Positions 28,033-37,637 of a stretch of 64,000 nucleotides of DNA are shown one piece after another. Below the pieces are notes generated by a model. That model saw only the letters and a list, made by a program, of their open reading frames with translations. It had not been told where the DNA came from and did no database searches. The DNA comes from Vicinamibacteria bacterium (GTDB taxonomy: Bacteria; Acidobacteriota; Vicinamibacteria; Vicinamibacterales; JAENWD01). The DNA lies in assembly GCA_963763095.1 (NCBI GenBank), contig CAVXNR010000006.1, forward strand, positions 70,125 to 134,124, written 5' to 3'. The position numbers and the translations under genes were made by a program. The first letter of the stretch is position 1, and the number at the start of each line of letters is the position of its first letter.

Positions 28033-30189
28033 TCACCTGACGGCACGTTCGACGTCTAGGACGCCGGCGATTGCCCGCAGCGACTTCATGACTTTCTCGA
28101 GGTGCTTCAGGTCGTGGATTTCGACTGTCATGTCGATGCGCCCGCGATGGTCGGCGTCCGTGGTGGCCTCGACGCTGGTGATATTGGTGTTGATGTCGGC
28201 GACCTTCGAGCTGACGTCCGCCAGGATCCCCTTCCGATCCTCCACCTGCATGGTCAGTCGCACCGTGTAGCGCGACACGTCGACGGCGGTGTCCCACTCG
28301 ACGTCGATCCGGCGCTCGGGATCGTAGTGAAGATTGATCACGTTCGGACAGCGGGCGGAGTGGACCGACACACCCTTGCCGCGACTGATGTAGCCGACGA
28401 TCTTCTCGCCCCGAATCGGGTTGCAGCACCGGGCCCTGAATACCATCAGGCCGTCGACGCCGCTCACCTTGATGCGGTCTTCACCGCTGCCGAGCACTCG
28501 CCGGACAGCCGAGACGACCTTTCCTTCGGGGGGACGTTCCTGCAGCTGATCCTGCGGGACGAGCTTGCTGAGCACCAGACGTGCGGCGAGCTTCCCATAC
28601 CCGATGGAGGCGAGGAGTTCCTCCGTTCTTCCGCCGCCGTACTCCTCGGCGACCTTCACCATCGCCTCGCTCTCGAGCAGCGTCTTCATGTTCAGGCCGA
28701 ACCGACGTGCCTCCTTCTCGAAGATGCGGCGCCCCAGCTCTATGCTGCGGGCCTTCTCCTCCGCCTGGACGAAATGCCGGATTTTGTTCCGTGCGCGCGC
28801 GGTAACCACGAAACTCAGCCAGTCGCGGCTGGGCGTGTGGGTCGCCTGCGTGATGATCTCGACGATGTCGCCGTTCTTCAGACGGGAGCGGAGCGGCACC
28901 ATCTTTCCGTTCACGCGGGCGCTGACGCAGCGGTGGCCCACATCCGTGTGGATGGCGTACGCGAAGTCGACGGGCGTGGCGCCGCGGGGGAGCGCCTTGA
29001 CCTCCCCCTTGGGGGTGAACGTGTAGACCTCCTCGGGGTAGAGATCCAGCTTCAGATCCTGGATGAACTCCTGCGCGTCGCGGACCTCCTGCTGCCATTC
29101 GAGGAGTTGCCGCATCCACTGGAAATACCGCTCGTCCCGCTCATCGCCGACGCGGCCCTCCTTGTATTTCCAGTGCGCGGCGATCCCCTCCTCCGCCTGG
29201 TTGTGCATCTCCAGCGTGCGGATCTGCACCTCGAACGGCGTGCCTTGATCGCTGATCACCGACGTGTGCAGCGACTGGTAGCCGTTCGGCCGCGCCATGG
29301 CGATGAAGTCCTTGATGCGGCCGGGAATCGGCGACCACAGGTTGTGGATGATGCCAAGCACCGCGTAGCAGTCGCGCACAGAAGTCGTGAGGACGCGAAG
29401 GGCGGCGAAGTCGTAAACCTGCTCGAGCTCGATCTTCTGCTTCTTGAGCTTCTGGGCGATGCTGTACAGGCGTTTCGTGCGGGCTTCGATCCGCACGATC
29501 GGCACCTGCGCGTCCTCGAGCTTCGTCGCGAGCGTACGCTTGAGCTCCTCGAGCGTGGCCTCGGTCGTCTTTCGGCGCGCTTCCACGCGCGTGCGCAAGG
29601 ACTCGTAGTACTTGGGCTCGAGGTACTTGAACGACAGCTCCTCCAGCTCGTTCTTGACCTTGCTCATCCCGAGCCGGTTCGCGATGGGCGCGTAGATGTC
29701 GAGCGTCTCCTGGGCAATCTTCACGCGCCGCTCTTCCGGCAGGTGGTGCAGCGTCCGCATGTTGTGGACGCGATCGGCGAGCTTCACGAGGATGACGCGG
29801 ATGTCATCCACCATCGCCAGCAGCATCTTCCGGAAGTTTTCGGCCTGCCGCTGCTCGCTGGACTGGAACGGGATGGCGCCAATCTTGGTGACGCCCTCGA
29901 CGACGTGGGCCACCTCCGGCCCGAATCGCTCGGCGATGACGTCGATGGTGGTCAGCGTGTCCTCGACCACGTCGTGGAGGAGTCCTGCGGCAATCGCGAC
30001 AACGTCGAGCTTCAGGTCGGCCAGGAAATCGGCCACCTCGAGCGGATGAACCATGTACGGCTCACCGGAATGGCGGACCTGCCCCTTGTGCTCGAAGGCG
30101 GAGAAGACGTACGCCCCGCGCAGCAGCTCGAGATCGGCATCCGGGCTGTACGAGCGAACCTTCTCGAGGAGATCCTCGAAGCGAATCAT
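28033..30189 (-). CDS. relA: Bifunctional (p)ppGpp synthetase/hydrolase (RelA/SpoT homologue)
   Basis: 718 aa. HD hydrolase domain (HDVVEDT), RelA/SpoT synthetase domain, and TGS and ACT regions. Confidence 0.95.
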   Translation of the reverse strand: MIRFEDLLEKVRSYSPDADLELLRGAYVFSAFEHKGQVRHSGEPYMVHPLEVADFLADLKLDVVAIAAGLLHDVVEDTLTTIDVIAERFGPEVAHVVEGVTKIGAIPFQSSEQRQAENFRKMLLAMVDDIRVILVKLADRVHNMRTLHHLPEERRVKIAQETLDIYAPIANRLGMSKVKNELEELSFKYLEPKYYESLRTRVEARRKTTEATLEELKRTLATKLEDAQVPIVRIEARTKRLYSIAQKLKKQKIELEQVYDFAALRVLTTSVRDCYAVLGIIHNLWSPIPGRIKDFIAMARPNGYQSLHTSVISDQGTPFEVQIRTLEMHNQAEEGIAAHWKYKEGRVGDERDERYFQWMRQLLEWQQEVRDAQEFIQDLKLDLYPEEVYTFTPKGEVKALPRGATPVDFAYAIHTDVGHRCVSARVNGKMVPLRSRLKNGDIVEIITQATHTPSRDWLSFVVTARARNKIRHFVQAEEKARSIELGRRIFEKEARRFGLNMKTLLESEAMVKVAEEYGGGRTEELLASIGYGKLAARLVLSKLVPQDQLQERPPEGKVVSAVRRVLGSGEDRIKVSGVDGLMVFRARCCNPIRGEKIVGYISRGKGVSVHSARCPNVINLHYDPERRIDVEWDTAVDVSRYTVRLTMQVEDRKGILADVSSKVADINTNITSVEATTDADHRGRIDMTVEIHDLKHLEKVMKSLRAIAGVLDVERAVR

Positions 30190-30279
30190 GGGCTGCGGTG
30201 TCTAAACCCTGTGTGGCGATGGAACTTGTCTCATCATAGAACAGCGGGCGGAGCTCGGGAAAAACGGCGTGTGGGTTGC

Positions 30280-30309
30280 TTGACTTGAGTTTTTAGCGTT
30301 CACTATACT
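30280..30309 (+). promoter_or_regulatory. Sigma-70-like promoter TTGACT-N18-TATACT
   Basis: TTGACT at 30280-30285 and TATACT at 30304-30309, about 110 nt upstream of the TPR lipoprotein gene. Confidence 0.4.
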
Positions 30310-30418
30310 GGCGCGGCTCTGGCGAGGGCGCGACATGCGCCGACCCGCCGCCACGTCGCCGGTGCATCTCACCGGCCGGTCCTTTTGACGGATTCACGAG
30401 AGGTACAAGGGGGCACTG

Positions 30419-31384
30419 ATGCGCACGCGATTGAGCCGAGCTGTAAGGGCTGGCGCGACAGGCCTGGCGGTCACGGCGCTTCTGGGCTGTAGCCAGTTCT
30501 CGGGCCTGAAAGCGAAAATGGCGCTGAAGGACGCGAACGCCGCGTACGGCGCAAATGACTACCGGAAGGCCATTCCCAAGTACGAGGAGGCGATCAGCCT
30601 CGACCCATCGCTCACGCAGGCGTACTTCTACGTGGCAAACAGCTACGACAATCTCTACAAGCCGGCCAAGAAGGGCGAGGCGGCGAACGACCAGATGCTG
30701 ACCAAGGCCATCGAAGGATACAAAGCGGCTGCCGAGAAGTCGACCGACCCGAAGCTCAAGAAGCTGTCCCTGGAATACCTGGTGGCGGCGTACCGCGACA
30801 AGCTGGAAGACCCCAGCCAGGCTGAGCCCGTGGTCGAGCGGATGATCGAGATGGAGCCGAACGAGCCGACCAACTATTTCGCTCTGTCGAAGATCTACGA
30901 AGACGCCGGCAAGTACGAGGAAGCCGAGGCGACGCTCGTCAAGGCGCGCGACGCCCGGCCGAACGATCCGACGGTCTACATGCAGATGGCCGGGTTCTAC
31001 AATCGGCAGGGGCAGTTCGATAAGACGATCGAATCGCTCGAGCAGAGGGCCTCCCGGGAACCGAACAACCCGGAGTCCTATTACACGATTTCCACCTACT
31101 ACTGGGACAAGGCGTTCCGGGACTTCCGCCTGAAGGAGCCCGAAAAGCGCGAGTACGTGCAGAAGGGCATCGAGGCCTCCGACCGCGCCCTCAAGATCAA
31201 GGGCGACTACATGGAGGCGATCGTCTACAAGGGCCTGCTGCTGCGGCTCGCGGCCAACCTGGAGAAGGATCGCGGCCGACAGGAGCAGTACCTGAAGGAG
31301 GCCGACCAGCTCCGCGACAAGGCCAAGGCCCTGCAGAAGGCGAAGAGCGCCGGGGCTGGAGCCGGCACGGGGGCAGGCAACTAA
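30419..31384 (+). CDS. TPR-repeat lipoprotein
   Basis: Lipobox ..TALLGCSQF. Multiple TPR-like units (AIPKYEEAISLDPSLTQAYFYVANSY, NYFALSKIYEDAGKYEEAEATLVKARDARPNDP). Confidence 0.7.
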   Translation: MRTRLSRAVRAGATGLAVTALLGCSQFSGLKAKMALKDANAAYGANDYRKAIPKYEEAISLDPSLTQAYFYVANSYDNLYKPAKKGEAANDQMLTKAIEGYKAAAEKSTDPKLKKLSLEYLVAAYRDKLEDPSQAEPVVERMIEMEPNEPTNYFALSKIYEDAGKYEEAEATLVKARDARPNDPTVYMQMAGFYNRQGQFDKTIESLEQRASREPNNPESYYTISTYYWDKAFRDFRLKEPEKREYVQKGIEASDRALKIKGDYMEAIVYKGLLLRLAANLEKDRGRQEQYLKEADQLRDKAKALQKAKSAGAGAGTGAGN

Positions 31385-31410
31385 GCGCACCTCCACGACG
31401 CCACATCATC

Positions 31411-31446
31411 AAGGGCCGCCCACCACCGGGCGGCCCTTCGTGTTTC
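31411..31446 (+). terminator. Intrinsic terminator after the TPR lipoprotein gene
   Basis: AAGGGCCGCCC-accacc-GGGCGGCCCTT (11-bp stem) followed by CGTGTTTC. Confidence 0.6.
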
Positions 31447-31608
31447 ACCGGCAAGGCTCTGCCCCGCCTTCGCGCGCTGATTTCGCGGAGCGCGTGATCG
31501 AAGGGGGGAATGACGTCGCCATTATCGGGCTTAGTCCCGCCTTCACATCGACACTGCCTGGTCTGGGGCCGGAACTTCAGTTCCGGCCGGTGGAACCCGG
31601 CGCCCACG

Positions 31609-31638
31609 TTGACAACCAGCCACGACGCTCCGGATAAT
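31609..31638 (+). promoter_or_regulatory. Sigma-70-like promoter TTGACA-N18-GATAAT
   Basis: TTGACA at 31609-31614 and GATAAT at 31633-31638, about 80 nt upstream of the CsgG-like gene. A 9-bp hairpin at 31567-31588 sits just upstream. Confidence 0.4.
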
Positions 31639-31717
31639 TCGGGCCACGCCAGCTGTTTTTACCAACGCACACCGTTCGAGACAGGAACCGGGCCCGGGAG
31701 GTTCAGGAGGAGTACAG

Positions 31718-32635
31718 ATGAGGAAGTGGTCCGCCCGCGCCGCCAGTGCGGCTCTGGTCCTGGCGACAGTGCTCGCGCCGGTTGGGACAGAGGCGCAAGG
31801 AAAGATCAAGGTCGCCTTGATGGACTTCGACAACAACGCCGAGCGCACCTGGTGGTTCTACGACCAGCTCGGCCCGGCCGCGCGCAACCAGATTGACACC
31901 GCCTTTTCGGAGAACGGCGAGCTGGCAAAACGGTTTTCGGTGATCGAGCGCGAGAAGCTCGCCCTCGTCATGAAGGAGCAGGGGCTCGCCACATCGGGCG
32001 CGGTGGATCCACAATCGGCCGCCAAAGTGGGTCGTCTCCTCGGCGTGAAGTACATCGTCACGGGCGGCGTCGACAAAGTCGCGGTCAACAAGACGGGCGC
32101 GGCGGTCTCGAAATTCGGTGGCATCGGGGGCAACGTGGTGACGGCCGACGCGGCCATCAACATGCGGTTCATCGACACCACTACCGCAGAACGTGTGCTG
32201 TCGATTTCGGCCGAGGGCACGGCCAAGAAGGGCGGCGGGTTCTTCAAGGGCACGAGCTTGAGCCGCGAAGCAGAGTGGGGCCTCGCCAGCGAGGCGCTCG
32301 AGAAGGCGTCGACTGCGGTGGTGGAGAAACTGCTGACCGGCGGCTATCTCGATCGGATCAACACGGCTGCGGGCGGCGGCAGCGTCGAGGGCAAGGTCAT
32401 CAAGGTGGATGGCACGCGGGCGTGGGTCAGCGTGGGTGCCGCAGCGGGCCTCAAAGTCGGCGACACGTTGAAGGTGATCGACCCCGGCGAGGACCTGGTC
32501 GACCCTGACACGGGTGCGAAACTCGGCTCCACCGAACAGCCGACCGGCACGGCGGAAGTCGTCGAAGTGCAGGACAAGTTCGCGATCGTGACGTTCACAG
32601 GTACCGCGAAGCCCAAGAGCATCGTCCGCAAGTAG
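31718..32635 (+). CDS. CsgG/HfaB-family periplasmic/outer-membrane protein with extra C-terminal beta domain
   Basis: Signal peptide. KIKVALMDFDNN...FSVIEREKLALVMKEQGL...GVKYIVTGGV pattern typical of the CsgG fold. SD GGAGGTTCAGGAGGAG. Confidence 0.7.
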   Translation: MRKWSARAASAALVLATVLAPVGTEAQGKIKVALMDFDNNAERTWWFYDQLGPAARNQIDTAFSENGELAKRFSVIEREKLALVMKEQGLATSGAVDPQSAAKVGRLLGVKYIVTGGVDKVAVNKTGAAVSKFGGIGGNVVTADAAINMRFIDTTTAERVLSISAEGTAKKGGGFFKGTSLSREAEWGLASEALEKASTAVVEKLLTGGYLDRINTAAGGGSVEGKVIKVDGTRAWVSVGAAAGLKVGDTLKVIDPGEDLVDPDTGAKLGSTEQPTGTAEVVEVQDKFAIVTFTGTAKPKSIVRK

Positions 32636-32650
32636 GTCTGTGCACCGCGA

Positions 32651-32672
32651 GCGCCGCCCGCGTGGGCGGCGC
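32651..32672. terminator. GC hairpin between convergent genes
   Basis: GCGCCGCCC-gcgt-GGGCGGCGC (9-bp stem). No U-tract on either side. Confidence 0.4.
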
Positions 32673-32688
32673 ATCCGTGCAGCTGATA

Positions 32689-34699
32689 CTATCCGCCGAC
32701 CCGCTTTGTCCAGAATGTCTGAATCCGCTCGAGGGCTGCGCCGGCCATCAGCCTCCCTTGCTCGGCCGCACGTTCGCCGCCGAAGCGTCGATCGAAGCTG
32801 AACGTCGTGGCGGCGGGCATGCTCACAGCCGACCCGTCACGAGCCGCTTCCGCCCGCAGTTCGAGACTGAATGTCTGCACGACGAAACTGGTGCCGTACT
32901 GCTGGTCCTGGTGGGTGTCGAGGAGCGTGGCGCTCGCGTTGACCAGGATCTCGGCGCCGTCCGGACGTGCCGCACGGGGCAGCCCTTCGCGTTCGAGGGC
33001 CTGCTCGAAGGCTGTCGTCAGCGCACCACACACGTCCGCGGCGCCGGTGCATTCGAAATAGATCGGGGGTTGCTTCGGTAGCGCGGGCGATGGCGACGCT
33101 GCCGCGGCCGCCGATGCAGGGGCAACCGCACCAACCTCTCCGCCTTCGGCGACGGGTGCTGCTGCCGAACCCCGCGCCGCGGGCGCGGAGCCGCCGCTCT
33201 TCTCTGTTCCTGCAGGTCCCCCCGCGATGGCGTTCGCAGCCGGTGAGCCTCCCGCAGTCGCTACTGGCTGGGGCTGTGCGGGAGATGCTGCGGCCCCTCC
33301 CGCACCCGAATCCCACAGTCGCGGGCGATGCCGCCGATGGTGTGGCCGGCGGCGGAGCGGTGTCGGGCGCCATCGAGGGCACAGACCTCGCGGCCGGATC
33401 ACTCGAAATGGTCTCGGCTGTGATCCCGCGCGAGCGTGACGTCCACACGCGGTACGCGCCGTAGCCGCCGAGCGCGACGGCCACGAAGAACAGCGCGGCG
33501 AGGGCAAGGAGCGCGGCGACCAGAAGTCCTTTCCTGCCAGGCGAAGACGGAACCGCGGCGGGTAGCACGGCGGCTTCAGGCGCCTTGATTGTGGGACGGC
33601 TCGCCGGTCGTTGCGATGGAAGCGGCGGCGGAACAGCGACCGAAGACGTCTCCGCCGGTACGGCAAGAGGCGGCGCCGTGTTCTCAGGCAGAGGAGGGAG
33701 TAGCGCGAGGGCGGTCGCCGCGTCCGGCGCTGGCCCGAGAGCGACGGCGGTACCCGCCGGCACGGCGCGCTCGAGGGCCTCACTGAATTCCTCCGCGGTC
33801 TGGAAGCGGTGGGCGGGGTCCTTTTCGAGACAGCGGAGCGCGATGACTTCGAGCGCGGGCGGTATCGCCAGATCCGGCCTGCGCCTCGACGGCGGCTCCG
33901 GTGCGTCTTTCAAGTGCATGACCAGAATGGCTGGAGCAGACGCCGCATTGAACGGAACATCGCCGACCAGCATCTCGTACAGAATCACGCCGAGGGCGTA
34001 GATGTCCGCACGGCCGTCCACCTCCTCTCCGACGGCCTGCTCGGGCGCCATGTAGTGCGGAGTGCCCAGCGAGTAGCCGGAGGCCGTCAACTGCGTCGTC
34101 GTGCCTTCCTGGAGCGATTTGGCGATGCCGAAATCGAGCAGCTTGATGTGCTCCTGGCCGCTCGCATCGACGGCGATCATCAGGTTCTGAGGCTTGAGGT
34201 CCCGGTGCACGATCTGACTCCGATGGGCGCGCGCCAGCGCACTGGCCACCTGTGTGAGAAGCCGAGCGATTCGTGCGGCTGGCATCGGCCCCGATCCGCG
34301 GATGGCATCCTTCAGGTTGAGCCCGTTCACGAACTCCATGGCGATGTAGAGCGCGCCGTCCTCGGCCTGTCCGAGGTCGTAGACAGCCACGATGTTCGGG
34401 TGCTCGAGGCTGGTGGCCGCCCGTGCCTCGCGCTGGAAACGGTGCGCCATCTCCGGGGAGCCGATCAGGTCAGGCTTGATCGTCTTGACGGCCACGGTCT
34501 TGTTCAACATGACGTGGGTCGCCCGGTAGACCGCTCCCATGCCGCCACGGCCGATCACGCCGTCGATGCGATATTTCCCGGCCATCACGCTGCCGACGCT
34601 CGGATCCGTCGTGGGCTCGTGGGCGAGCACCATCCCGTCGACGGCACAGATCGATACCTGCGGCGGGTACGTCGCGCCGCACTGGGGACAGGTACTCAT
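32689..34699 (-). pseudogene. Membrane Ser/Thr protein kinase (Hanks type) with N-terminal zinc ribbon and uncharacterised extracytoplasmic C-terminal domain; one +1 frameshift in the Pro/Ala linker
   Basis: ATG 34699. CPQCGATY, GRGGMGAVYRA..VAVK, HRDLKPQN, DFG, APE, and TM helix GLLVAALLALAALFFVAVALGG. The C-terminal domain (PPIYFECTGAADVCGALTTAFEQALERE...ERIQTFWTKRVGG) is in the frame of ORF 32689..33783, which has no start codon of its own. Shift at about 33290-33330. Confidence 0.7.
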
Positions 34700-34855
34700 G
34701 GTCGAAAATCTCCGAGACGGAATCGGCGTTCCCCCGCCGGACATTGCGTGAAGGTGATGGCAGTGTCTGATGGTGCCCACGCAACGCGTGAGCGTGCAGC
34801 ATAACAGCGCGGGCGTTCGGCAGCGCAATGCGGGGGGCGGTGAGCGGCGCGTACG

Positions 34856-34889
34856 CAAAAAGGGCCACCCGCGAAGCCGCGGAGTGGCC
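34856..34889 (-). terminator. Intrinsic terminator of the tonB-exbB-exbD-exbD operon
   Basis: Minus-strand reading: GGCCACTCCGCG-gctt-CGCGGGTGGCC followed by CTTTTTG, 27 nt after the exbD stop. Confidence 0.65.
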
Positions 34890-34915
34890 ATCCAACTGGC
34901 AGTCGTCGGCGTTGC

Positions 34916-35422
34916 CTAGTTACCCGGGGGGGCCGCGCCGCCTCCCTGTGCGCCGCCGCCCTGCCCGCCGCCTCCCTGGGCTTCGGCCCGCATACCTTCG
35001 GTGACGATGCCGACCTTCTCAACGCCGGCGCCCTTGGCCGCGTCGATGACGTCGACGATCTCGCCGTAACGCAACGACGGCGCACCGGCGATGAACATCG
35101 TCTTGTCTTTGCGCTGCTCGAAGACGGTGCGCAGCCGGCTTTCGAGGTCGGTCAGCACCACATCCTGCTTGTTGATGCTGATGCGGCGGTCGGCGGTGAA
35201 CTCGAGCACGATCTGGCTTACCGATTCTTCCGGCGGCGCGGCTGACGTTTCCGCCGGGAGATTGATGTCCACGCCCTTTTGTGTCAACGGGAGCGCGGCC
35301 ATGAAGATGACGAGCAGCACGAGCAGCACGTCAATGAGGGGTGTGACGTTCATGTCGGCGCTGACTTTCGGCGCCTCTCCCCTGACGACGGTCTCTGCAC
35401 CATGGTGGGCGTGGGCGGCCAT
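34916..35422 (-). CDS. exbD: ExbD/TolR-family biopolymer transport protein
   Basis: DMNVTPLIDVLLVLLVIFM TM helix followed by a periplasmic domain. Gly/Gln-rich tail. Confidence 0.85.
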   Translation of the reverse strand: MAAHAHHGAETVVRGEAPKVSADMNVTPLIDVLLVLLVIFMAALPLTQKGVDINLPAETSAAPPEESVSQIVLEFTADRRISINKQDVVLTDLESRLRTVFEQRKDKTMFIAGAPSLRYGEIVDVIDAAKGAGVEKVGIVTEGMRAEAQGGGGQGGGAQGGGAAPPGN

Positions 35423-35862
35423 TACTTGCCTCCCTGGGCCGGTGCCCCCTGCTGCGTCTTGCGCTCGGCGATCAGCCCGATGTTCTCGACGTTGGCCTTG
35501 CGCAGGGCGTCGAAGGCCGCCATCACGCGGCCATACGGCGCGTCCTGGTCCGCCTTCAGGTAGACGATCTTTTCCTTCTTCGATTCGAGCGCCTCGTTGA
35601 GACGCCCCGGCATGTCCGCGTCCGGCACGGAAACCTGGTTCAGGTGCATGCGTCCGTCAGCGCTGACTGCCACGACGGTCTGTTCCTGCGTCTCCGGCTT
35701 GTCCTGCGTGTTGATCGCCGTCGGCAGTTTCACGTCGACGCCCTTCTGGAGCATCGGCGCGATGATCATCATGATGATCAGCAGAACCAGCATGACGTCG
35801 ACAAGCGGCGTGACGTTGATGTCGGACTTGACGCCGCCCTTGCCGCCCAGTTGCATTGCCAT
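35422..35862 (-). CDS. exbD: ExbD/TolR-family biopolymer transport protein
   Basis: SDINVTPLVDVMLVLLIIMM. Its stop overlaps the next exbD start (TAATG). Confidence 0.85.
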   Translation of the reverse strand: MAMQLGGKGGVKSDINVTPLVDVMLVLLIIMMIIAPMLQKGVDVKLPTAINTQDKPETQEQTVVAVSADGRMHLNQVSVPDADMPGRLNEALESKKEKIVYLKADQDAPYGRVMAAFDALRKANVENIGLIAERKTQQGAPAQGGK

Positions 35863-35926
35863 GGCGCGTTACTCCCACAATGGAAATCGGGCCGGCGACG
35901 CATCGCCGGCCCGGTGTCGCCCCGAT

Positions 35927-36613
35927 TTACGCGGTCTTCTTGATGAAGTAGTCCACCAGCTCCGAGGACGAGTTGTCCATCTCGACGTTGAAGTAGTCGA
36001 GACGGCCGGTCAGGTAGTTGTAAAACCACACAGCGGGAATCGCCACCAGCAGGCCAAGGGCGGTCTCGACCAACGCCTCGGCGATACCGGCCGACACCGC
36101 GCCGATGCCTCCGGAGCCAGTGGCCGCGATGCCGACGAACGCGTTGATGACGCCGACGACCGTGCCGAGCAGTCCGACGAACGGCGCCGTCGTGCCAATG
36201 GTGGCGAGGGAGTTAACGCCCTTCTTCAGGTCTGACTGGGTGAGCGCGGTCGCGCGCTGGATGGACCGGCGCACCGAGTCGACCAAGTCGTCACGACTGA
36301 GGCCCCCTCCCGCCTCCTGCTGGAACTGGTACTCCTGGAGGCCGGCAAGCACCACCTTCGCAAGATGGCTGTAGCGGAAGTTCTTGGATGCCGACAGCGC
36401 GATGGCGTCCTTCAGACGGCCGTCCTTGAGGTGCTTGGCCACCTGCGGCGCGTAGAGCTTCGACTGTTTGCGTGCCTGCGAGAAGGTGTAGATGCGCTCC
36501 ATGGCCACGCCGATCGACCACATCGACATGATGAACAGGACCAACGCGACGGCCTTGCCCACCCAGGTCATCTGGTTCCACATTTCGATAAGATTCAGAC
36601 CGCCTTCGCCCAT
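35927..36613 (-). CDS. exbB: MotA/TolQ/ExbB proton-channel protein
   Basis: 228 aa with three TM helices. ..LATIGTTAPFVGLLGTVVGVINAF.. motif. Confidence 0.85.
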   Translation of the reverse strand: MGEGGLNLIEMWNQMTWVGKAVALVLFIMSMWSIGVAMERIYTFSQARKQSKLYAPQVAKHLKDGRLKDAIALSASKNFRYSHLAKVVLAGLQEYQFQQEAGGGLSRDDLVDSVRRSIQRATALTQSDLKKGVNSLATIGTTAPFVGLLGTVVGVINAFVGIAATGSGGIGAVSAGIAEALVETALGLLVAIPAVWFYNYLTGRLDYFNVEMDNSSSELVDYFIKKTA

Positions 36614-36651
36614 CGTTCTATCCTCCGAAGTGAGTTACCGATGTCTCGTGC

Positions 36652-37377
36652 CTACTGCAGCGTGAACTGAACGGTGACGGTCATGATGACCGGTACGGGG
36701 ACGCCGTTGAGCAGCGTCGGGGTGAACACCCACTGCCGCACGGCATCGAGTGCCGCGTTGTCGAGCAGCGGGATCGACCGGAGCACTTTCGCGTCGGCGA
36801 CCTTCCCGCTCGGACCGATGGTGGCCTCGATGATCACGATCCCCTGGACGCGCGCTGACTGCGCGATGGCCGGGTACGTCGGCCGCACGTCCTTCGTCTT
36901 CACCGGCGCCTTGATGTTGCCTCCGACGCGCACCGGTGCGGCGGGCGGCGGCGGCGGCGGCGGGGCTTCTGGCAGGCCGCCGACCACGCCTCCCACGACG
37001 CCGCCGGGGACGCCGCCCTCGACGCCGCCCGCAACCCCCATGTCGATCCCCGCGTCGATACCCGACTCTTTGCGTATCTCCTTCGGAGCCTCAATCGGCG
37101 CCGCGTTGGGGTTCGCCTGGACGATTGGCTTGACGGGTTGAGCGGCCGCCGCGGGGGGAGGCGGAGGCGGGGGAGGTGGGGGTGGCGGCGGGGGCGCGGC
37201 AACGAAGGCCATCATCGACGGCACTTCGGGCATCATGTCGGTCGCCATCAGGGGGATGATGATGATGGCGGCGATGATGGCCGTGTGAACGACGATTGAC
37301 AGGGGTACCGTGTACCACTTCTGCCCGCCGACCCGGATTTGGGGCGCGACGACATCATTGAACAGATCGCGTGGCAC
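36652..37377 (-). CDS. tonB: Energy transducer TonB
   Basis: GTG 37377 with GAGGAGGG 9 nt upstream. N-terminal TM helix, poly-Pro spacer, and C-terminal TonB domain (..ARVQGIVIIEATIGPSGKV..VFTPTLLNGVPVPVIMTVTVQF). Confidence 0.8.
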   Translation of the reverse strand: MPRDLFNDVVAPQIRVGGQKWYTVPLSIVVHTAIIAAIIIIPLMATDMMPEVPSMMAFVAAPPPPPPPPPPPPPPAAAAQPVKPIVQANPNAAPIEAPKEIRKESGIDAGIDMGVAGGVEGGVPGGVVGGVVGGLPEAPPPPPPPAAPVRVGGNIKAPVKTKDVRPTYPAIAQSARVQGIVIIEATIGPSGKVADAKVLRSIPLLDNAALDAVRQWVFTPTLLNGVPVPVIMTVTVQFTLQ

Positions 37378-37426
37378 GGGGACTATCCCTCCTCAGACCC
37401 TAACGACCTGGCCGACAGCGGCCGAT

Positions 37427-37452
37427 AAAAGCGACACGGACTCATCCGTGTC
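37427..37452 (-). terminator. Terminator-like hairpin 2 inside the hppA-tonB spacer
   Basis: Minus-strand reading: GACACGGA-tgag-TCCGTGTC followed by GCTTTTAT, only ~50 nt before the tonB start. Confidence 0.5.
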
Positions 37453-37523
37453 AGCAACTCGCGACCAACGTCCGGCGTGCCGCAAGAGTCGCGCCGGTTA
37501 CAGGGCTTAGACACCGCCCATCC

Positions 37524-37558
37524 AAAAGCGGCCCACCCCCGACTGAACTGGGGCGGGC
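37524..37558 (-). terminator. Terminator-like hairpin 1 inside the hppA-tonB spacer
   Basis: Minus-strand reading: GCCCGCCCC-(10-nt loop)-GGGGTGGGC followed by CGCTTTTGG. The stem has a G-U pair only on the minus-strand reading (A-C mismatch on plus). Confidence 0.5.
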
Positions 37559-37608
37559 TTCCGAATCAACCCCCGGCCGTCTGCCAGTACCAGCCCCAAA
37601 GCCGGGCG

Positions 37609-37637
37609 ATTGTATCGACCGCTCCGGAGCAAGTCAA
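37609..37637 (-). promoter_or_regulatory. Sigma-70-like promoter TTGACT-N17-TACAAT
   Basis: Minus strand: TTGACT at 37637-37632 and TACAAT at 37614-37609. The -35 box begins 9 nt after the hppA stop. Confidence 0.5.

Noticed and set aside
28102-30288. 728-aa plus-strand ORF covering the whole relA/spoT locus
   Set aside because: It lies antisense to a gene with unambiguous RelA/SpoT motifs. Its product is Arg/Asp/His/Leu-rich low complexity with no recognisable domain. This is a typical GC-rich shadow ORF.
33227-34001. Short ORFs inside the kinase linker region (for example 33227..33439, 33585..34001, 33589..33786)
   Set aside because: They lie antisense to, or out of frame with, the Ser/Thr kinase in Pro/Ala/Gly-rich low-complexity DNA. 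They have no starts with an SD and no domain content.
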